Source: an uncultured Gemmatimonadaceae bacterium (lineage in GTDB: Bacteria; Gemmatimonadota; Gemmatimonadetes; Gemmatimonadales; Gemmatimonadaceae). Taken from it: DNA of 64,000 nucleotides. The position numbers and the translations under genes were made by a program. A model generated the notes under the pieces. The model was not told where the DNA came from. It saw nothing but the letters and a program-made list of their open reading frames with translations, and did not search any database. This document shows, in pieces, positions 42,667 through 52,210 of this stretch (position 1 is the first letter of the stretch; the number at the start of each line of letters is the position of its first letter). Location: positions 192,001 through 256,000 of the forward strand of contig CAWBOC010000010.1 in assembly GCA_963790305.1 (NCBI GenBank). Reading direction: 5' to 3'.

Positions 42667-45600
42667 TGAGGGTGCTCAGGGTGCTCAGGGTGCTCGAGGT
42701 GCTCAGGGAGCGCGTGATGAAATCGCGTCGCGCGCTGCGCACGCTGACTACCCTGAGCACCCTGAGCACCCTTGCCGGATGCAATCGCGCCGAGAGCGCG
42801 CCGCCGCTGTTCGAGCTGCTGCGGCCCGAGGCGACGGGCGTGACGTTCGTCAACGAGCTGCCGGAGAGCCGCGAGTTCAACATCCTGAACTATCTCTACT
42901 ACTACAACGGCGGTGGAGTGGCGGCGGGGGACATCGACAACGACGGGCTCACCGATCTGTACTTCACGTCGAACCTCGGGTCCGACCGGCTCTATCTGAA
43001 CAAGGGGAACTATCGGTTCGAGGACATCACCGAGACGGCCGGGGTGAAGGGACCGGACGGGTGGTCGAGCGGCGTCACCATGGCGGACGTCAATGGAGAT
43101 GGCCGTCTCGACCTCTACGTGTCGGCGGTCCACTACCTAACGATGACCGGCCGCAACGTCCTGTACGTCAACAATGGCGATCGGACCTTCACCGACCGCA
43201 CCACGGAATACGGGCTGGATCACGCCGGATACTCCACCCAGGCGGCGTTCTTCGATTACGACATCGACGGCGATCTGGACATGTATCTCCTCAATCACTC
43301 GATCCACATCGAGCGGTCGGTGAGCCAGAAGCCGCAGCGGTCGCCGCCGTCACCCGCGGGCGGGGGACAAGCTCTTCCGCAACGACGGCAACCGCTTCGT
43401 CGACGTGAGCGACAAGGCCGGGATCTACGGTGGCGTCGAAGGATATGGCCTCGGGGTCGTCGCCAGCGACCTGAACGTGGACGGATGCCCCGACCTCTTC
43501 GTCGCCAATGATTTTCAGGAGAGCGACTTCCTGTACATCAACAATTGCGACGGGACCTTCACCGAGTCGATCGGCCGGGCGATGGGGCACACCAGCCGAT
43601 TCTCGATGGGAGTCGACGCCGCCGACTTACAACAACGATGGGCGCCCGGACCTCATGGTGCTCGACATGCTCCCGGAGCGCGAGGACATCCTGAAGACGT
43701 CGGCGAACGCCGAAAACTTCAACATCTACGATCTGAAGGTGAAGGCGGGCTATCACCCTCAGTTCGCGCGCAACACCCTGCAGCTGAATCGCGGCGCTGG
43801 TCGATTCAGCGAGATCGGCTATCTGGCCGGCGTGTACGCGACCGACTGGAGCTGGGCGCCGCTCTTCGCCGACCTCGACAACGACGGCAACAAGGACCTG
43901 TTCATCACCAACGGGATTTACCGTCGTCCGAACGATCTCGACTACATCAACTACGTCAGCAACACCGAGTTCCAGCGGACGCTGGCCATGTCACTGCCCG
44001 ATCGCATCACCGAGCAGAACATGACGCTGCTGCAGCACATGCCGCAGATTCCGCTGGCGAGCTTCGCGTTCCGCAACAACGGCGACCTGACGTTCACCAA
44101 TCAGGCGGAGGCGTGGGGGCTGGCGCAGCCGGGCTTCTCGAATGGTGCGGCGTACGCCGACTTGAACAACGACGGTGCGCTCGATCTCGTGGTGAGCAGC
44201 GTCAACGGGCCAGCGAGAATCTACCGGAGTCGCGCGAGGGAGAATGGAGGCCACTTCCTGACGGTGCGACTCGAGGGCGAGGGAGCGAACACCGCGGGAG
44301 TCGGCGCCAAGGTCATCGTCCGGCATGGCGCCATTCGACAGCTGCTGGAGCAGATGCCGACTCGCGGCTTTCAGTCGTCGGTCGAGCCGCGCCTTCACTT
44401 CGGGCTCGGTCCGGCGCAGACGATCGACTCGCTCCTCGTGGTGTGGCCGGATCGGCGCTTCCAGGTGCTCACCAACGTCAGTGCCGATCGTGCGCTCACG
44501 CTGTCGCAACGCGATGCCGCTGGGCGGTACGCATATGCACCGCCGACGCCCGGCGCCAGTGTTCGCCGATGTCACGACCGACGCCGCCATCGACTTCACG
44601 CATCGCGAGAACACGTTCTTCGACTACAACCGCGAGCCCTTCATCCCGCATCGGGTCTCGACGGAAGGGCCGGCGCTCGCCACGGGTGATGTCAACGGCG
44701 ACGGGCTCGATGACATCTACGTCGGCGGCGCGAAGTGGCAGGCGGGCGGCCTGTTCGTGCAGCAGCGAGACGGGGGCTTCCGCGCGAGCAACCGGGGCGT
44801 GTTCGGCGCCGATAGTCTGCATGAGGACGTCGACGCGGCGTTCTTCGACGCAAACGGCGACGGGTACGCCGACCTGTACGTGGTGAGCGGCGGCAACGAG
44901 TTCTGGGGAGAGGAAGAAGCGCTACGCGACCGCCTCTACCTGAACGATGGCCGAGGCAACTTCCGACGCGCGACCGACGCTCTTCCTGCGATCTTCGAGA
45001 ACGGATCAGCCGTGGTCCCGGCCGATTACGATCGCGACGGTGACGTCGATCTTTTCGTAGGGAGCCGCGTCGTCGCCCGCGGCTACGGCCTTGCCCCGCG
45101 CAGCCATCTGCTTCAGAACGACGGTAAAGGGCGGTTTGCCGACGTGACGGGCGAGAAGGCGCCGGAGCTCGCCACGGTCGGGATGGTGTCATCGGCGACG
45201 TGGACCGACTACGACGGCGACTCCCGTCTCGATCTCGTGGTCGTCGGCGAGTGGATGCCGGTGACCGTAATGCGGAATTCGGAAGGCGGAAAACTACAGA
45301 AGGTCCGGATCTCCGGTCTCGAGCACAGCGACGGCTGGTGGAACACCGTCACCGCCGCCGACGTCAACGCCGATGGTCGCGCCGACCTCGTGCTTGGCAA
45401 TCTCGGGCTCAACTCGTACATCCGTGCCTCGCAGGATGGGCCCGCGCGGCTCTACGTCCATGATTTCTTTCAGACCGATGCGCTCAAGCAGGTCCTCACG
45501 TTCTACAAGAATGGCGTGAGCTATCCGCTCATGGGGCGCGACGACTTCGTGCGGACGATGCCGCAGCTGCGCAGCAAATACGACTCGTACGCGAAGTTCG

Positions 45601-46109
45601 GGGCGGCACGTATCGAGGACATCTTCCCGCGCGAGCAGCTCGAGAAGGCAACCGTTCTCGAGGCGCACCAGTTCGCGAGCGCCATCGCGCTCAACAAGGG
45701 CAACGGAGGATTCGACCTCCAGCCGCTGCCTGCCGAAGCGCAGTTCGCGCCCGTGTACGCCACGATGGCCGAGGATTTCGATGGCGATGGCCGCGTCGAC
45801 ATCCTGCTCGGCGGCAACTTCGACGGGGTGACGCCCCTGCTCGGGCGATACGACGCGAGCTATGGCCTGCTGCTTCGCGGGGACGGGACAGGCCGTTTCG
45901 CTTCGATGGATCTCGCCGAGAGCGGGTTGCTCATCGAGGGGCAGGTGCGCGACATGAAGCCGCTAAGACATGTGACGGGGCGCGTGATCGTGGTCGCGCG
46001 AAACGACGACCGCCTTCAGCTGCTGCGGACGCTCCGGGGTTCCGGCCTAACGCGGGTCAGTGCGCAGGCTTCAGCCGACGCTGGACGGCCGCGCTCGTCA
46101 GCTCCCTGA
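42666..46109 (+). CDS. VCBS/FG-GAP repeat lipoprotein with ASPIC/UnbV domain, copy 2 (frameshifts near 43350, 43625, 44550)
   Basis: Same motif series as copy 1; lipobox LAGC; TAATG coupling to GH97 (alternative start 42717). Confidence 0.88.
42668..42774. repeat. Inverted (AGGGTGCTC)n nonamer palindrome within the 5' end of the gene
   Basis: AGGGTGCTCAGGGTGCTCAGGGTGCTCGAGGTGCTCAGGG ... CCCTGAGCACCCTGAGCACCCT. Confidence 0.85.
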
Positions 46110-46776
46110 GGGCGTCCTTTCCCACCCAGCGCGACGCACGGTCGGGCGACTCTGCCAGGCGCGTCGCCACGGCGACGGAGGCGGTGTTGAGACCCTTGTT
46201 CCGCCTGCCCACGCTCCGCACCGCCCAACTCACCGCTTTCTTGACGAAGTTGCGCTCGTCGGTCGCGGCGTTCTCGATGAGACGAAGGGACCGCACGAAG
46301 GGCGCATCGCCTTCCTTCTTGTCATGAAGCGCGACGCTCGCCAGCAGCGCGAATGCCGCGCGCTTGACGAACTCGTCGCGCTTGCCGCTCCATTGCTCGA
46401 TCTTGCGCCAGGCGTGTGGAGTGCGATCGAACAGGTGAAAGCAGAGGTGATCGCAGATCGCCCAGTTGTCGAAGTCGCGTGCCCAGCGGTCCATTTGTGC
46501 CGGGGTGACGCGATCGGGCTCATCGACGAACGCCGCGAGCATGCGGGCCTCGTACCACCCGGTCTCCCACAGGGCGGCCGCGAGCTCGTGATCGCGGCCG
46601 AGGCTCTTGCCGAGCAGGCGAATGTTGGCGACCGATACCCCGAACGCATTCGGCGCCACGATCGCATACCGGGCCATTCCGTCGCGGTTCTTTTTCGTTC
46701 CCTTACGCTCGAGCCAGGTCAGCGCTTCGCGGACTCGATCGGTGGTGGGCGCCTTCGCGGTTTTTGATTTTGCCAT
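46057..46776 (-). CDS. DNA alkylation repair protein (AlkD-like HEAT repeat)
   Basis: FGVSV..IR, LW.TGWYEAR, FDNWAICD, DERNFVKKAVSWA. Confidence 0.88.
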   Translation of the reverse strand: MAKSKTAKAPTTDRVREALTWLERKGTKKNRDGMARYAIVAPNAFGVSVANIRLLGKSLGRDHELAAALWETGWYEARMLAAFVDEPDRVTPAQMDRWARDFDNWAICDHLCFHLFDRTPHAWRKIEQWSGKRDEFVKRAAFALLASVALHDKKEGDAPFVRSLRLIENAATDERNFVKKAVSWAVRSVGRRNKGLNTASVAVATRLAESPDRASRWVGKDALRELTSAAVQRRLKPAH

Positions 46777-46845
46777 GACCGCCGGATCGTCGCTGGACTG
46801 GTCGTCGGCGTCAAGATGCGGCTATTTGGCTCGCGATCGCCGGGG

Positions 46846-47047
46846 TTTTGGAACCGCAGAATGGCCGCAGAAGGCCGCAGATGCTTCACTGCGAATGGGA
46901 CAGGCTCCATGCGAGATGAAGTTCCCAAGGCTCCTTGGTCACAACTGCGCGGAATCAGGTCGGGCGCCAGGGCCATCTGCGTCATTTGCGTTCATCTGCG
47001 GCCAACAAAGCCTTTGCGGCCTTCTGCGGCCATCTGCGGTTCCAAAA
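46846..47047. repeat. ~200-bp palindrome with 10-nt (GGCCGCAGAA) periodic arms
   Basis: TTTTGGAACCGCAGAATGGCCGCAGAAGGCCGCAGA ... TTTGCGGCCTTCTGCGGCCATCTGCGGTTCCAAAA. Confidence 0.85.
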
Positions 47048-47097
47048 AAAAAGTCGAGCACATACACCAGCCAAAGCACTGACACAGCGAGGCGGCA

Positions 47098-47715
47098 ATG
47101 CGGGGTTACAACTTCACCGAGCGCGTTCGGAAGGTTCTCGCGATGGCCCGCGAGGAGGCCTTTCGTCTCAAGCACGAGTACGTGGGCACCGAGCACATTC
47201 TGCTCGGCCTCGTCCGCGAGGGGGAGGGCGTTGCGGCGGCCGTCCTGCAGAACCTGCGGATTGATCCCGACGACGTCGTCGAAAGCCTCGAGAAGCACGT
47301 CAAGAAAGGGATCTCCGCGCACTTCACCGGGCCCGATCTCCCCTACACCACGCGGGCGAAGAAAATACTGGAGTTCGCCATGGCCGAGGCGCACGAGCTC
47401 GGTCACAGCTATGTCGGCACGGAGCACATACTGCTCGGCCTGATCCGGGAAGAACGCGGGCTCGCGGCGCAGGTCCTCACGGCTCTTGGTGCCGGCCTCG
47501 AGGCCGTGCGCGCGGAGACCCTCAGACTCCTCGGTACGCGCGTACCGGGACGCCGTGATGCCGCGACGCGCATGGAGGGGAAGGGCACGCTTCAGCCAAC
47601 CCTGTTCACCGTTCAGGTCGACTACGAGGACGGCCGTTGGTCCGAGCACACGTTCGAGCGCGCTGAAGAGGCGATCGTTTTTCTCAAGAGCCTCTCCTCG
47701 CCTGAGCAGCGTTGA
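47098..47715 (+). CDS. Clp N-terminal (ClpC-type double Clp-R repeat) domain protein without ATPase
   Basis: FTERVRKVL..AREEA..LKHEYVGTEHILLGL and a second HSYVGTEHILLGL; stops before any Walker motif. Confidence 0.9.
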   Translation: MRGYNFTERVRKVLAMAREEAFRLKHEYVGTEHILLGLVREGEGVAAAVLQNLRIDPDDVVESLEKHVKKGISAHFTGPDLPYTTRAKKILEFAMAEAHELGHSYVGTEHILLGLIREERGLAAQVLTALGAGLEAVRAETLRLLGTRVPGRRDAATRMEGKGTLQPTLFTVQVDYEDGRWSEHTFERAEEAIVFLKSLSSPEQR

Positions 47716-47740
47716 CCCTTTCGACGGCGGACGGTATGCT
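47712..47740 (+). promoter_or_regulatory. Sigma70-type promoter for the ankyrin gene
   Basis: TTGACC-N17-TATGCT about 140 nt upstream of ATG 47880. Confidence 0.55.
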
Positions 47741-47879
47741 CAGGACAAGGCGTTCAGGACGCCTCCAGTCCGCGGAGAGGACCGAGTCCACCTGGTTGGC
47801 CTAACGATCGATCCTGGGTTCTCACGAACCTCCTTGGCCCCACGCAGCGGACAGCGGGCCGGTCCAAAGGAGGCTCGTC

Positions 47880-49142
47880 ATGCCAGCTCGACACCTGCCC
47901 GTTCGTCCCAATCTCGACCAGCTGAAGCACCAGGCAAAAGACCTGCTCCGCGCCATCCGCCAGCGTGAGCCGGACGCGATCGCCGACCTGATCGCCTTCC
48001 ACCCCGAAAAGATCGACCCGGCGTCCGCCAGGCTCGCCGATGCGCAGCTCGTCCTGGCGCGCAGCTACCAGGCACCGAGTTGGCCACGGCTCGCGCAGGC
48101 ATGCGCGCTCATCGACGCGATCTGGCGCGACGACGTGGACACCGTGCGGGAGCTCGTCACGAAAGATCCTCGGCTGATTCATGAGGAGACCTTGATCCGA
48201 CGCGGGAATTGGGGACCGCCGCTTACCTATGCGGCGAACCTTGGGCACGACCGCATTATCAAGATGCTCCACGAGCGAGGTGCGACCGACCTGGCGTCGG
48301 CGATCGATCGTGCGACGCTGCAGAGCAAGATCGGAACTGCCCGGATGCTCCACGAGATGGCGGGATCTCCGCCACCGCCCTCCGATGCGCTCGAGGGCCC
48401 AGCGTACACGCTGAGCTCATCGGGTACGGCGCTTCAGCTCGAGCTCGGCGCGCGCGTGCACGACGCCGAGGGCAGGCCGATTGCCCCAGTCCACGTCGTC
48501 CTCGAAACGGACAGCCGAAGGCCGTCGGCCAAGCACGAAATTCTCGAGATGTACGCGCAGGACGGCCTCGAGCTGCCCGATACGCCCACGATGGCGCTTC
48601 ATCGCGGCCGGATCGATCTGCTCGAGAAGCATTCGAGTCGAGATCCTGGGTTGCTGCGGCGCACGTTCGCGCACGAGGCGATTTATCCGCCTGAGTGGGG
48701 GTGCCATGATGAGGTGCTCGCGACCCAGGGGACGCCCCTGAAGGGGACGACGCTTCTTCATATGTGCGCGGACTACGACGAGATCGAGATCGCGCGCTGG
48801 CTGCTCGACCGCGGCATGGACGCCGACGCGAAAGCCGAGGTCGACGCCGAGGGCTTCGGCGGGCATACCGCGCTCTTCGGGACGGTCGTGTCGCAGCCGG
48901 CTTTCTGGATGAACCGCCGTGCCAGCCAGGATGCGCCGTTCACACGGCTGCTGCTCGACCATGGCGCCGATCCGAATGCGCGGGCTTCCTTGCGAAAGCA
49001 GCTCCACCCGGGGTACGGCGAAGACACACTGCACGAGTATCGGGACGTCACGCCGCTGGCCTGGGGTGAACGGTTTCACGACAAGCGCTTCGTCAGCCAA
49101 CCGGCGATGCAGCTTATCGCGCAGCGGGGCGGGCACCGGTGA
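47880..49142 (+). CDS. Ankyrin repeat protein
   Basis: N-terminal LPVRPNLDQLKHQAKDLL..LADAQLVLARSY..SW; repeats PPLTYAA, TLLHMCA..LLDRGMDADA, GHTALF..LLLDHGADPNA; SD AGGAGG. Confidence 0.88.
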   Translation: MPARHLPVRPNLDQLKHQAKDLLRAIRQREPDAIADLIAFHPEKIDPASARLADAQLVLARSYQAPSWPRLAQACALIDAIWRDDVDTVRELVTKDPRLIHEETLIRRGNWGPPLTYAANLGHDRIIKMLHERGATDLASAIDRATLQSKIGTARMLHEMAGSPPPPSDALEGPAYTLSSSGTALQLELGARVHDAEGRPIAPVHVVLETDSRRPSAKHEILEMYAQDGLELPDTPTMALHRGRIDLLEKHSSRDPGLLRRTFAHEAIYPPEWGCHDEVLATQGTPLKGTTLLHMCADYDEIEIARWLLDRGMDADAKAEVDAEGFGGHTALFGTVVSQPAFWMNRRASQDAPFTRLLLDHGADPNARASLRKQLHPGYGEDTLHEYRDVTPLAWGERFHDKRFVSQPAMQLIAQRGGHR

Positions 49143-49155
49143 TAGCCGGGATGGG

Positions 49156-49288
49156 GCAACAGCGTTTTTTTACCGCAGAGGGCGCAGAGGACGCGGAGGC
49201 AACGTCAACTGCAAAGGCCTTTGGAAAAGCCCTCGCCGTTGACGTTCCTCCGCGTCCTCTGCGCCCTCTGCGGTAAAAATGCTGTTGC
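49156..49288. repeat. Palindrome with 9-nt (CGCAGAGGG) periodic arms
   Basis: GCAACAGCGTTTTTTTACCGCAGAGGGCGCAGAGGACGCGGAGG ... CCTCCGCGTCCTCTGCGCCCTCTGCGGTAAAAATGCTGTTGC. Confidence 0.88.
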
Positions 49289-49407
49289 GGGCCAAGCCGT
49301 ACCGACTGTCTCGTTAGGCGGGTATGCACTGGCGCCCTCGCCCCCGCACGACCATCATTTGCCCAGTTACCACCCTTAGAAGAACGGCTGGAGCGGAGGC
49401 TCCCCCA

Positions 49408-49587
49408 TTGGCCAGAAAACCCAACTACGGCTTCGAAAAGCGAAAGAAAGAGATGGACCGAAAGGCGAAAAAGGACGCCAAGCGCGAGGACCGCCGGCGG
49501 AGGGAGGAAGAGGCCCGGGGCGATGAGGCCGGAGAATCCTCGCCGCCCGCCGATAGTGAGCCCGGGAGCCAACCAGCCGAGCCATGA
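49408..49587 (+). CDS. Small basic/charged hypothetical protein
   Basis: TTG start with SD GGAGG; (M)ARKPNYGFEKRKKEMDRKAKK; ATGA overlap with the PTS gene. Confidence 0.65.
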   Translation: MARKPNYGFEKRKKEMDRKAKKDAKREDRRRREEEARGDEAGESSPPADSEPGSQPAEP

Positions 49588-52124
49588 CTCCCCGAGACGG
49601 CCCCTCGGCGACGATCTTCGCGCCCTTCTCCGGGATCCTCGTTCCCCTCGATGACGTCCCGGATCCCGCGTTCGCGCAGCGGCTCGCTGGCGACGGGATC
49701 GCGATCGACCCGCTCGACCAGCGGGTCGTGGCACCCTGCGACGGGCGCGTGCTCCAGGTGCATCGCGCCGGTCACGCGCTCACGCTGTCCGCGTTCGGGC
49801 TCGAGATCCTCATCCACGTGGGGCTCGATACCGTCAAGCTGAAGGGCAAGGGATTCAAGGCCCGGGTGAAGGCGGGCGACGAGGTCCGAAAAGGCGAGGA
49901 GCTGATGACGTTCGACGCCGACTACATCGCGACGAACGCGCTCAGCCTGATCTCGCCGGTGCTGGTGACGAACATGGACCGCGTCACGTCGCTCCGTCCC
50001 CGAACGGGGAAGGTCCGCGCCGGGGACCTCCTGCTCGAGATCGGCACCGGCGGCATCGCCACGCCGCAGGGCACCGATCTCCTGCGCGACGCCGTCCGTT
50101 CGGCGCCCGTCGTGATCACGCACGAGTCCGGACTGCATGCCCGCCCAGCGGCCGTCGTCGCCGCGGCGGCCCGCCAGTTCACGTCCGACGTCAGGCTCGT
50201 CAAAGGCGACCGCGAGGCGAACGCGCGGAGCCTCGTGTCGATCATGGCCCTCGAGGTCGGGCGGGGCGACTCGGTGACCGTCGTGGCTCGGGGCGAGGAT
50301 GCACAGCAGGCCATTGCCGGGATTACGCGGACGCTTTCTGCCGAACCCGCCGCGCACGGCGCGGCGCCGACGGCCAAGCGGCAACCGGAACGCTCCGCGG
50401 CAGCGCCCAGAGGCGCGGCGCCACCGTCGCGCGATGATGGAGCGTTGCGAGGCGTGCCGGCGTCTCCGGGCGTCGCGGTCGGGCAAGTGTTTCAGCTCCG
50501 ACACGACGACGCCGTCGTCGAGGAGCGCGCCGCGGACGCCAACCACGAGCGGCGCGAGCTCGAGGCGGCGATCGCTTCCGCACACCTTCAGCTCGAGGCC
50601 ATGCGCTCGCGTATGGCCACTGAAGCCGATGCCGATCGGGCCGCCATCTTCGCCGCGCACCAGGAGCTGCTCGAGGATCCCGAGGTGCTTGACGCCGCCG
50701 CGGAGCACATACGGGAGGGGGCGAGCGCGGCCTTCGCCTGGCGCGAGGCGTACACCGCGCAGTCGGACCGGCTCGCGGCTCTTGCGAACCCGCTGCTCGC
50801 TGGCCGCGCTGCCGACCTTCGTGATGTCGGCCGGCGCGTGCTCCACCTGCTCGTCGGCCGGGATGACACGCCCCACGATGTGCCAGCCGACTCGATCATC
50901 GTCGCCGAGGACCTCGCGCCGTCCGATGCGGCGACGCTGGATCGCACCCGGGTGCGCGGTTTCTGCACGACGATGGGAAGCGCCACATCCCACGTCGCCA
51001 TTCTCGCCCGCGGACTTGGCATTCCGGCGGTCGCTGGCATCGATCCGCGTGTGCTCGACATCCCGAACGCGACGCGCGTGATACTCGATGGCGACGCTGG
51101 CACGCTGCAAATGGGCCCGACTGCTGCCGAGGAAGGGGAGATCGCGAAGAGGCAGGCGGTGGCGGCGCGGCAGCGGACTGCTGAGCTCGCCGTCGCCTTC
51201 GAGGCGGCGGTCACACGGGATGGCCATCGCGTCGAAGTCGTCGCCAACATCGGCGACGAAAAAGAGGCGCGAGAGGTTGCCGAGGTCGGCGGCGAGGGTG
51301 TCGGGCTTCTGCGCACGGAGTTTCTCTTCATGGAGCGGCGCACGGCACCTGACGAGGAAGAGCAGACGCGCACGTACGAAGCGATCGCGCGCGCGCTCGG
51401 CCCCGATCGCATCCTCGTCATTCGCACGCTCGATGTCGGCGGCGACAAGCCTCTGCCGTACATGCCGATGGGGGCGGAGGCCAACCCGTTCCTCGGCGAG
51501 CGCGGAGTGCGACTGTCGTTGAATCGCCCCGAGTCATTCCGGGCGCAGATTCGCGCGATTCTTCGCGCGTCGAAGGTGGGGAAGGTCGCGATGATGTTTC
51601 CAATGATCTCGACGCTCGCGGAGTGGCGCACGGCGCGCCAGCTGGTCGAGGAGGAGCGCGCGAAGCTTGGCGTCCCACGCATTCAGGTTGGCATCATGGT
51701 CGAGACGTCATCGGCGGCCCTCATGGCCGATCGCTTCGCCGAAGATGCCGACTTTTTCTCGATCGGGACGAACGACCTCACGCAGTACACGCTGGCGATG
51801 GATCGGACGAATCCGCGCCTGGCGGCGCAGGTCGACGCCCTGCATCCGGCCGTGCTGCGGCTCATCGAGCACACGGTCGCGGGCGCGCGCAAGCACAAGC
51901 GATGGGTGGGCGTGTGCGGTGCCCTTGCCGGCGATCTTCAGGCGGTTCCGGTGCTGGTAGGCCTCGGCATCGATGAGCTGAGCGTGAGCGTGCCGATCGT
52001 GCCGGCGGTGAAGGCGCGCGTGCGCTCACTGCTTCTGTCGGAGTGCACGGAAACCGCTCGTCAGGCGCTGGATGCCGCTGATGGGTCCGAGGTCCGTGCG
52101 TTGGTGGCGAAGCGCCATACCTGA
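49584..52124 (+). CDS. ptsP: Multiphosphoryl transfer protein EIIA(Glc)-HPr-Enzyme I fusion
   Basis: [13 protein letters not shown]; HPr [43 protein letters not shown]. Confidence 0.93.
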   Translation: MTPRDGPSATIFAPFSGILVPLDDVPDPAFAQRLAGDGIAIDPLDQRVVAPCDGRVLQVHRAGHALTLSAFGLEILIHVGLDTVKLKGKGFKARVKAGDEVRKGEELMTFDADYIATNALSLISPVLVTNMDRVTSLRPRTGKVRAGDLLLEIGTGGIATPQGTDLLRDAVRSAPVVITHESGLHARPAAVVAAAARQFTSDVRLVKGDREANARSLVSIMALEVGRGDSVTVVARGEDAQQAIAGITRTLSAEPAAHGAAPTAKRQPERSAAAPRGAAPPSRDDGALRGVPASPGVAVGQVFQLRHDDAVVEERAADANHERRELEAAIASAHLQLEAMRSRMATEADADRAAIFAAHQELLEDPEVLDAAAEHIREGASAAFAWREAYTAQSDRLAALANPLLAGRAADLRDVGRRVLHLLVGRDDTPHDVPADSIIVAEDLAPSDAATLDRTRVRGFCTTMGSATSHVAILARGLGIPAVAGIDPRVLDIPNATRVILDGDAGTLQMGPTAAEEGEIAKRQAVAARQRTAELAVAFEAAVTRDGHRVEVVANIGDEKEAREVAEVGGEGVGLLRTEFLFMERRTAPDEEEQTRTYEAIARALGPDRILVIRTLDVGGDKPLPYMPMGAEANPFLGERGVRLSLNRPESFRAQIRAILRASKVGKVAMMFPMISTLAEWRTARQLVEEERAKLGVPRIQVGIMVETSSAALMADRFAEDADFFSIGTNDLTQYTLAMDRTNPRLAAQVDALHPAVLRLIEHTVAGARKHKRWVGVCGALAGDLQAVPVLVGLGIDELSVSVPIVPAVKARVRSLLLSECTETARQALDAADGSEVRALVAKRHT

Positions 52125-52175
52125 CCCCTGGGGTCAGGAGTCAGGGTCGGGGGGTTGTAGGGGAGAGGAGTCAGG
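52120..52175. repeat. Short hairpin plus degenerate GGAGTCA heptamer repeats between PTS genes
   Basis: CCTGACCCCTGGGGTCAGGAGTCAGGGTCGG...GAGGAGTCAGG. Confidence 0.5.
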
Positions 52176-52210
52176 TTGTCCCTAGTTCCTTTGTCTCTCT
52201 GGAGACCGAT

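Noticed and set aside
34900..46109. Enediyne biosynthetic cluster suggested by UnbV domains
   Set aside because: No PKS or other enediyne cassette genes; the context is carbohydrate uptake.
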